From Hormiphora californensis (taxonomy: Eukaryota; Animalia; Ctenophora), in contig CM035360.1 in the NCBI GenBank assembly GCA_020137815.1, forward strand, positions 4,836,001 to 4,900,000: a DNA stretch of 64,000 nucleotides. Direction: 5' to 3'. The translations under genes were made by a program, and so were the position numbers. The notes beneath the pieces were generated by a model. That model was not told the origin of the DNA. It made no database searches and saw only the letters and a program-made list of their open reading frames with translations. Shown here one piece after another: positions 50,255-64,000 of the stretch; the stretch's first letter is position 1; every line of letters begins with the position of its first letter.

Positions 50255-51379
50255 TTAACTTGTACTGCATCTCTCTCGTTCTCCCCCATGTTTTCCTTCT
50301 TCTGCTTCTCCTTCACAGTCGCTCATATCAGAGCCAGTCTGAAACATCTTGACAGCTTTTAGAATTTCAGAAACAGACACATTGGGAGGAGTAGCGATTG
50401 GATGTATTTTACGAGCAGGGACCAACTCCAAAAATCTCTTGCACTCACTGTACGAGCTGTGACTTACAAACGCAATCTTGTACGCACGATCATGTTTCTC
50501 TTCGTATATCAATTGATCGGGACTTGAGCCATTATAATAACGCCATTGTATGGATGGTCTCAAATAAATTGTCTCTTTTTCACATAGCTCACATGCTTCC
50601 CAATTTTCAAAGCTCATTTGATTTCCGATATGAACCCTGGACTTGTATTCTGGAATAGAAGTTAAATGATCAATAATTTCACGAATTCCTTTGTAACTTT
50701 CCCAAATTGTTTTTGAACCATTAATAGGTAGGTAATAGCTTAAACCCTGAACCAATGCCTCCCGACCCGCACAATACTCGATATGAAATGTCGAAGATGC
50801 GAACTCAGCCATGAAGTTGCGAAAAAGCTCTACAGATTCTAGGTGAGTCGGGAAACGCTGATAGTGTGCAATTTCAGTGAAGAATGTGGTATCCATATAC
50901 AAGTCGGTAATCGGTCCTTCAGTTAGGGCCTTCATAAGTGAAGGGTGGAGGTCTTGGTCAAGGGGTAGTCGAAAATCTCCGGTGTACAGAGTCCTCTGAC
51001 CGTCGTTCCCTGTAAACAGGAACATCACGGATCCAGGACAATGCTCGGCTGGGAGAACTTGCACATTGATACGATTATCTTCGCCCGCTTGAAATGATTC
51101 CCCAATAACAATTTCAGTGAATAAACCAGCAAGATGCTGAAACATCGATTTTCGGGTCAGTATGTCAATAGTCTGACGTGTTGCATACAGATGACATTTT
51201 CCCACGCTAAGTTGCTGATGAATGATAGGTTTACTGAGTCCTTGAACATGGTCAGTATGACAGTGTGAAACGAACAGGGAGGTGTGTTTGGTCTCTAGAA
51301 ACTTTGTGAAGTTGTCCACCAAGATTTCCTGGAATCCGGAGATGTACCCTTGGAATACGTTGTCATCCTCTCGGGCCAT
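50255..51379 (-). CDS. DCLRE1C: Artemis-like nuclease copy B (374 aa)
   Basis: SHCHTDH, HCPGSVMFLF, YTGDFR, YMDTTF, SHSSYSE. Confidence 0.92.
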   Translation of the reverse strand: MAREDDNVFQGYISGFQEILVDNFTKFLETKHTSLFVSHCHTDHVQGLSKPIIHQQLSVGKCHLYATRQTIDILTRKSMFQHLAGLFTEIVIGESFQAGEDNRINVQVLPAEHCPGSVMFLFTGNDGQRTLYTGDFRLPLDQDLHPSLMKALTEGPITDLYMDTTFFTEIAHYQRFPTHLESVELFRNFMAEFASSTFHIEYCAGREALVQGLSYYLPINGSKTIWESYKGIREIIDHLTSIPEYKSRVHIGNQMSFENWEACELCEKETIYLRPSIQWRYYNGSSPDQLIYEEKHDRAYKIAFVSHSSYSECKRFLELVPARKIHPIATPPNVSVSEILKAVKMFQTGSDMSDCEGEAEEGKHGGERERCSTS

Positions 51380-52012
51380 TCCTACAAAGCTGAATGTTAG
51401 TTTGACGTGGAGATTTGGGGGAGGGGGACAAGAGAAGAAACAGAGCTAGAGAAAATCAAATTTAGTTAAAAGAATCATTATACCAGAGTCAATACCAGAG
51501 TCAATATTTTAATTTCTAAAAAGAAAAAACTAAGACATTTAAAACATTAATAATAATAATAATAAAGGGTTTTTATACCGCTCAGTCTAGACAGGGCTGG
51601 ATCATTGACATGACTCATGAGTCCAACACTGCCCAGATTCAGAGCGGTACACCAAGGTTGTTAATATCCTGACTCACTTAGAACAAAATAGACACATCTA
51701 CTGATTATATACTCCAAAAAATTGAAAAAAGCCTAAGGAAAAACGGGACACATAAAACAAACATTTATCTTACATCATAATTACAAACATAAACAATAAA
51801 TTACATGTACACTTTTTATACTTTTGTCTTGTATTTTACATTAAGAATCATTCGCTACATGCAGCATGCAGATCATTCAAAGTATTCATGCGATATCTTC
51901 ATTATTCATTTCTACATTTTAAAAGTAAACGGATAATAAATCACTGGTTTCGCTCCACTATATCTCTCTCACTTTCATTCTCCTCCTCGATCATATTTCT
52001 CTAAATTCCCAT

Positions 52013-53275
52013 TCAGTTGTCCATAGTATCATCTTCAGTTTGCACCGTGATGTCGTCCACCAGTAGGGTTGGGTAGCTAGAAGATGGAAAGTTAAACTCA
52101 GAATCGTGCATTTCACTGTCTAGTACTTGGTGTGGGCCAACAGCTTCAGAACATTCAGTCACATCCATAGGCGGGCAATCGGTTGGTTGTTCTTCATGTT
52201 CCTTTTCAGATTCGCCTCCACCAGCAACAATCTGAAACTTCTTAACAGCATTTCGAATCTGAGTTTTAGTCATATGCTCAGGTTTAGCGATTGGATATAT
52301 CTTTCGAGCCCTGACCAACTCCATGAATCTCTCGCATTCTTCGTTAGAGTTGTGACTTGAATATGCTATCTTGTATGCCTGATCATGTTTCTTTTCGTAT
52401 ATCTTTTGATCGGGGCTGCAGCCATTATAATAACGCCACTCTATAGATGGCCTCAGGTAAATCGTATCTTTCTCACATAGTTCACATGTTTCCCTTTTCT
52501 TTTGACAGCTTATATCATGCGTGTAATGTTCTCCTATATGAATTCTGTAGGTTGGATCAAAGGTTATATCCTTTAAAATTTCTTGGATTCCTTCAAACGC
52601 GTTCCAAATATGGCGTGAAGCACAAACAGAAAAGTATTGGCTCAATCCTTGAAGTATAGCCTCACGACCAGCACGAAACTCTATGTGAAACGTTGAATCA
52701 GGACGTTCGGCGATAAATTCGCGAAACAGCTCTACAGATTTTTGGTGTGTTGGGAAACACTGATAATGCGGAATTTCATTATCAGTGAAGAATGTGGTAT
52801 CCATATACAGATGATCTATTGGTTTCTCGGTTATCGAACGATGAAGTTCTTTGTCGACGGCTAACCGAAAATCCCCGGTGTACAGAGTCCTTAGCCCGTC
52901 ATTCCTTGTAAACAGGAACATCACGGATCCGGGACAATGCTCGGCTGGGAGAACTTGGACATTTATAAGATCCTCTCTTCCTGCTTGAAACGACTGGCCA
53001 ATCACAACCTCCGTAAATAGACCATTCAGACGATTAAGATGCGGTTTGTTGGTCAGTATTTTAATAGTTTGACGTGTTGCATAGAGACGGCATTGAGAAC
53101 TCCTTAACTTCTCAAGTATATCATCTCGATCCAGATTTATGTAATGGTCAGAGTGACAGTGTGAGACGAAAAGAGATATAGTTTTGTATTTGTTAAACCA
53201 TCTAAAATCATCCACCAAAATATCCCAATATCCGCAAAAAAACCCTTGGAAAACGGGGTCTTCCTTTTGAGCCAT
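52013..53275 (-). CDS. DCLRE1C: Artemis-like nuclease copy A (most divergent, ~420 aa)
   Basis: MAQKEDPVFQG start; SHCHSDH, HCPGSVMFLF, YTGDFR, YMDTTF, SHNS; acidic tail. Confidence 0.9.
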   Translation of the reverse strand: MAQKEDPVFQGFFCGYWDILVDDFRWFNKYKTISLFVSHCHSDHYINLDRDDILEKLRSSQCRLYATRQTIKILTNKPHLNRLNGLFTEVVIGQSFQAGREDLINVQVLPAEHCPGSVMFLFTRNDGLRTLYTGDFRLAVDKELHRSITEKPIDHLYMDTTFFTDNEIPHYQCFPTHQKSVELFREFIAERPDSTFHIEFRAGREAILQGLSQYFSVCASRHIWNAFEGIQEILKDITFDPTYRIHIGEHYTHDISCQKKRETCELCEKDTIYLRPSIEWRYYNGCSPDQKIYEKKHDQAYKIAYSSHNSNEECERFMELVRARKIYPIAKPEHMTKTQIRNAVKKFQIVAGGGESEKEHEEQPTDCPPMDVTECSEAVGPHQVLDSEMHDSEFNFPSSSYPTLLVDDITVQTEDDTMDN

Positions 53276-53461
53276 TCCTAAAATGACGAACATCTGTTGA
53301 AGTCTCTACTTTCTAGTCTTTACATCACTGTTTATTTACAATCATTCAGCAGTATCACCCTAGATACGAACTATTGTGCTCTGCTTACATAAGAAGATTC
53401 ACAATTTACGTTCATGGATCGGGGCTTTGAAAAGGTTCAAAAAATTTAAAGACTAAAAAAC

Positions 53462-53775
53462 TGGGCGCCGTTACGATCAGGTGTTTGGTGGCCTGTTAAC
53501 AAGTGCGTGCTTGCAAAAAAGTTCACTAAAATGGCTCTAACCGCCAAACCACTCAACCGTTTTGGCTAATTCAAAGTTTATCTGGTAGGAAATGTCAAGG
53601 CCTAACCCTGCTTTAGCCCTAACCCTAAAAAACTGTTTGTCAGACTTTTGACCAAACGGCAAACACCCAGATTTTAAAAAAAACGCTGGCCTAAAAAACT
53701 TTGCGAAAACCAAAAACAGTTCAGATCCGGCCAACTGATCCTCCGCCGCGCAGGAATAATTGCGCGGCGTTATGA
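53462..53775. repeat. Interspersed repeat with CCCTAA subrepeats and a 3' GC hairpin (possibly Helitron-like)
   Basis: Homologous to 14430-15058; ends cgccgcgca-ggaataat-tgcgcggcg-ttatga. Confidence 0.55.
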
Positions 53776-53851
53776 TGCAGTGTTGTTTAGGTATGTTTGC
53801 GCTGGACGCTATATATGTAGTGTGTATAATTAATTCTATTTCAATAACCTC

Positions 53852-53919
53852 CTGTCAGGCCAATGCTCTGACCACAGTTCTCTCGAAATGAGAATAGGGT
53901 CAGGCCAATGCTCTGACAG
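53852..53919. mobile_element. 68-bp micro-element with 8-bp TSD
   Basis: CTGTCAG...CTGACAG termini, TSD ATAACCTC, two internal copies of gtcaggccaatgctctgac; relatives at ~54567-54599 and 56183-56263. Confidence 0.7.
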
Positions 53920-54454
53920 ATAACCTCGCTCTTATCTTAATTCTTATAATTAATATGAAAAGTCATTATTTAGAGCAAATAAATCATTTGAACATTTTGA
54001 CAGTAAATACAATATTACCAGTAGACATAACCAAACACAAAAGGAATATCTTGCACTTGCAGAAACACAAACAAACATCGCTTTCTGATTCCCATTCATC
54101 ACTATCGAGCAGACCACACTCGCAGTTTCGTTAACTTTTGTCTTTTATGTTGAAGTTCTCACTTTATATTATCGACACACTCACACTCACAGCATAGGAA
54201 CACATTCGGCAACACATTTACAAATAGTTTTCCCGGTGAAAGAAAGAGTACTTATTCCCAATGAAACTTGAAAGAGTTCCACAATCTTAACAAATATATG
54301 AATGTAGTGCCGGGTGATACAACTACACGTGAACATGACGCCTCCACTATGACACACGTCTAGTGGAATCTTGCTACCATGTACTTGGATAATACCACCC
54401 CAGGATTCAGCTCCTACCGCCAGACAACCCGGAGTTTAGGTCCGTGGTGAAGTT

Positions 54455-60029
<5,575 letters not shown>

Positions 60030-60360
60030 CTCATCCTAGAAGATGTTACAAATGTTTTGGAAGTGGGGATGGAAGCAGGTATAATAGGGTGACAGTCGAC
60101 AGAAAACGATAAAATCTAAAAAATCACAATATTTCGGAATCATATTTACAAAACTGGCTCAGGGATGAAAAAACACATGTCACACACACACAGACGCTCA
60201 CAAAAACACAAAAAACACACACATCTGTATGTCAAACAAAGCTGTGAGCAAGAAAACTACCCCTTTCGATTTTTTCAACAAAAAGAAACACAAAACTGAT
60301 CTAAAACTAAATCGATGTACCAGCACCACACATATGTTTGATATATACCGACAACCCTCC

Positions 60361-61124
60361 TCAACTCTCGGACCCAGGGGGAGGGGATGCGGCCTGCTGA
60401 GGATCAGGTGTCCCGGTGGGCTCTGTAGCTGGCGGTGGGGAAGTGGTAGTTGTTGTCTTTGGTTGGCTGGTTGATGCTGCTACTACTTTGGGCATGCCCA
60501 GAGCGACAATGTAGAGGAAGTTATCAGCGTGAGAGAGGTGTTCTGAGAGCCATTGGACGGGGGTTACCAGGGGAGGACACACACCTTGGATCCTTATTGT
60601 TACACCTTCAGTAACCTAGAGAGAGACAGTAAATACTTTTAAAAAATGAACCTTAGACTCCCTGTCAATTGTGTTTCTTGAAAATTCCCGCCATTACTTT
60701 TGCCGAATCTCCCTGCATGCCAATTATTTTTCTAGAGACTCCCTGCCAATTTTTGCAGAATATCCTAACATGTACCTGGAAAGGTTCCTCTTTGTCCTCA
60801 GTTGCAGTAACGGACCCTGGTAAACACTTGTTTAGCAGGTCTCCCAGAGTCGTCAGGTTATCTTCTATCCTCGGTTTGAAGGGTTTCTGAAAGCAATAAT
60901 AACTCCTTTGTAAACTCTACAATTTGATTTAGTTATGGGAAACGTGATCGTCGCCGATTGATCCTATCTGAGTTATTTGCCATCCTTTTACTCAAATTCA
61001 ACAAGATGTTACATGTATTTACCTGTATATATTGGCGATGTAAGTCAGTGTATATTCGGAATGGGATATACTGATAGGGCTCGTTATTGATGTGTTCCAT
61101 CAGCCGGTGATTTACCACCCAGAA
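60361..61124 (-). CDS. ATG5: Autophagy protein 5, last three exons (earlier exons lie further right or outside the window)
   Basis: FWVVNHRLME...YIPFRIY (61023-61124), KPFKP...TLGDLL (~60776-60886), IQGVCPPLVTPVQWLSEHLSHADNFLYI (60361-60615). Confidence 0.9.
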
Positions 61125-62074
61125 CTGCAGCAGGGGACTTGTGTTAATAAAATACAGCCAATCCCAGAATCCCTCTTGACACTGTATCCTTTTGACCATC
61201 CCATGAGTTACTAATTAGTGTGATTTTGTGATGATATTGTGATGTTTTCTTTTTGAAGAACACATAACGAAAACATATTTTTGAAATAATCAGGATAATA
61301 AATAACTGTGAAGTGTTTTTCACAAAATATTAATTAATAGTTTTTAAAACTTAATATTTTCAACAATCTTGGAAATAAGATCAAAATCAATATTTAAAAT
61401 TAGTATATTATATACGCGATTACGCGACATACCAATTACAGCCAATTATTAGCCAACATTGTTCAGCATATTGTTCACTACTTGGTAGCAAGGCTTTTCA
61501 GCTCGTAAAAGTGCTCAGTGGCAGGTTCTCTACACACGTGTATAACATGGGCCGACCATTGCAGTCCCGGACCAAGTTATAATACATTTCACACGATTCA
61601 GTACAATAGTCCGTGGTCACATTCCATGGTGAACGTAGACCGTTCGGCGAACCACGACAGGCGTTCACGTTCGAACTTAACAATATTGAGCCAATATTGA
61701 GTCAATATTAAATAATTACATCACTAATATAACTCGTAGTTCTCTTCGTAGTTCTCGGTGCTTTTCACCTTTTTGGAATTGATGGAAATAAAACATGATC
61801 ATAACAACTCTCATTCCCCCGAAACACAAATTCATTGTCCTGGAACATTGTTCATCCATGGTATGACTGGTTTCCACACTTCTCTCTCTCCTTTCGTCCA
61901 GTGACCTCATGAAGAAATGTCCCTGGAAGTTTGTTACTTTAATCATCAGCTCGCACAGTCATAATCTCCAATCAGCAGCAGCTCTTGTAGTCATGACTAG
62001 TCATAATCTTCAATATATTCAAGAGGTCCCACTTCCAATTTCCATCACTATATCAATCTCGAATATATTTCCCA

Positions 62075-63228
62075 TCACACCTTCGTCTTCACAAATTTCG
62101 GTGAGGAAAATGAACTCAAATGAGAATCCTCGGTAGCAAGGGAACACGCGACTTTATTGCAGCGACCACCACCAGTTGACTTCCTCGATAAAAATTTCAC
62201 CCTTATCGCGGACTTTCCCTTGGAGCACATGATAGCAATGACGGGATTGAGTAGAGAGCACAGGGAGGGAACGAAGATGGAGTAAGCCAAAACGGAGACA
62301 ATGGTCACATAGTTTATCTCCATGGGTTGTCTGGTTATCATTGCCTTCGCCATTATCTCCTCATTTCCTGTGCTGCTTATTGCGTGTGTAACCAGGGTCA
62401 GAGCTGTGAGGAGACTACCCAGGTTGTAGAGCAGGACCATGAGGGTACTCCGACGTTTCCGGTTGTTGGACTTCATACCAGGTGTGATGGTACGCGGGTT
62501 TTACAACGAGAGTCTTGCAAATCTCGACCAATGTAAGGACAGATGCGACGAGGCCGATGGCTTGGAAGATCAGATTGAAGATGTTGGAAGCTAGGAATGT
62601 CTTTCCCATGGTGCCCAGGTTTATACCAAATACTGTCGGGGTAGACAATGACATTGACGAAAACTGCCTGGGATAGAACATAAAACCAGGCAACTTTGTC
62701 CTCCCCTTTAGGCCGCAGCAGATCTGCCATGAAGACAAGGTTGTAGAGGGTTGTAAGAGCAATGGCAATCATAGGACCTCTCGAGGACAGGTGGGAGAAA
62801 GGGTATCGGATTTGGTAAAGCCGGCATGCCGCCAGACACCCAGTTATGACGCAGGGAACGAAGAGAAGCGTCCAGGACACTACACTGTACACACGGGAAA
62901 GTATGGATGGGTGGGGAAGGCCAAAGGTCAGGTAGTGCGTTGTGCAGTTGATCAGGAAACCAAATTGTGGATCTTTTTCAGCCTCATAACATCTCCGATC
63001 TTTGGGCATGAAGGTGGCGTAGGCAAAGTAGACTGGGACCACGAGACAACCAAGGAAATCCGTGACAAAAAGGGCAAGATAGAGATTCCGGGCGACGGAG
63101 GATGGTTTACGGAGGTTCGCCTTGATGACTGTTATGTTCAGGGTGACAGCTGTAAAAGATAGGACGAGAAGGTAGGCTGTGATGAGCACATCAGGAAATG
63201 TATGCCCTCCCTCGCTGAGAAGTGCCAT
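62075..63228 (-). CDS. Intronless rhodopsin-type GPCR, two frameshifts, probably nested in an ATG5 intron
   Basis: VTLNITVI (TM1), LFVTDFLGCL (TM2), ACRLYQIRYPF (TM3), SLLNPVIAI (TM7) spread over three overlapping frames. Confidence 0.75.
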
Positions 63229-64000
63229 GATTTCGTCTGTCAGTGAGGGACGTGTTGTTAGCAAAATAAATTCTTTAAAAACTGAACTTATTTGAAATAG
63301 ATTCAGTTAAAATTGTAAGCCGCGAGAACTAGTTATATATTATGTACCTGCGGAATACTAAACACAGTTAATATAAGAGTTAAGACATGTCTATTCAATT
63401 CTTTTTCAGACTAATTGCTCAAAAACAACAATTATATAATAGACAGTAATTATGTGGGCATCACAAGAGAAGACTAACACCATGATAAATAGTATTGAAA
63501 GATCTTATATAAAGGCTTTACTGTATGTCTAGTAAGACAAAGCAAAGCGATGATATATATATTGTAAGAGGACAGTGGGGGCCCTTAGTAATGTCATTGT
63601 GTAAGTAACCTGTCTTGGAAGGTGGTGTACTACGTGACCGGAAACCTACAGTCATAATACAGTAATATAGTAATGCCAGTGGGGTCTAATTCGTGGCAAT
63701 GCAGTAATACAGTAATGTAGGCCACGAAGAAGCTTTTATAAAGTGATGATACTGTATATTCTACTCAGCTATTAAAGATCTTGTTATGTTCTAACGGCCT
63801 CCTTTAAAGTCTTTTTTAGGCTAGCAGATTATGATACTATGCACGTGGAAAGCTTAGTTGTTGCTGATATTTAAGACAAACCCAGCAACCTCTCCAGACC
63901 TAAACAGTTTGTTAAAGGAAAGTCAAGACTTAATCTGATTTGAAGCGTGTAAGAAAGATATTGTTAGGCATGTTGTTCTTCCTTTCAAATGTAAAGTATC

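Noticed and set aside
63340-63900. Candidate ATG5 micro-exons (e.g. VSGHVVHHLPRQ at ~63610-63645)
   Set aside because: Could not be chained in consistent phase by eye.

Overview
Eukaryotic (animal) genomic DNA, compact and intron-rich, with many (GA)n microsatellites and small non-autonomous transposons. It looks like a ctenophore: nested intronless GPCRs, AG acceptors just before ATGs, and a 109-bp MITE I recall from Pleurobrachia gene models (recollection, not checked). Left to right: (1) a 9-exon minus-strand gene of unknown function (13588-3161) with an intronless 7TM GPCR nested in an intron and its last exon cut by a Helitron/Helentron-like element; (2) a stand-alone LINE ORF1-like gene; (3) a TRPA-like ankyrin ion channel with one frameshift; (4) two tandem ARF/ARL GTPases with an unusual CxxCxxC tail; (5) FANCM (41746-28911, minus); (6) immediately upstream, at least six tandem intronless Artemis/DCLRE1C nucleases, one carrying a (DNRQPHF)n tail and one split by a foldback transposon; (7) ABHD13 and the 3' part of ATG5, with co-oriented GPCRs nested in an ABHD13 intron and probably an ATG5 intron. 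The most notable feature is the tightly packed, co-directional Artemis x6 + FANCM DNA-repair cluster, with a splice acceptor 2 nt before every start codon. Exon models were read by eye. Several 1-bp frameshifts and three degenerate blocks show the assembly has local errors.
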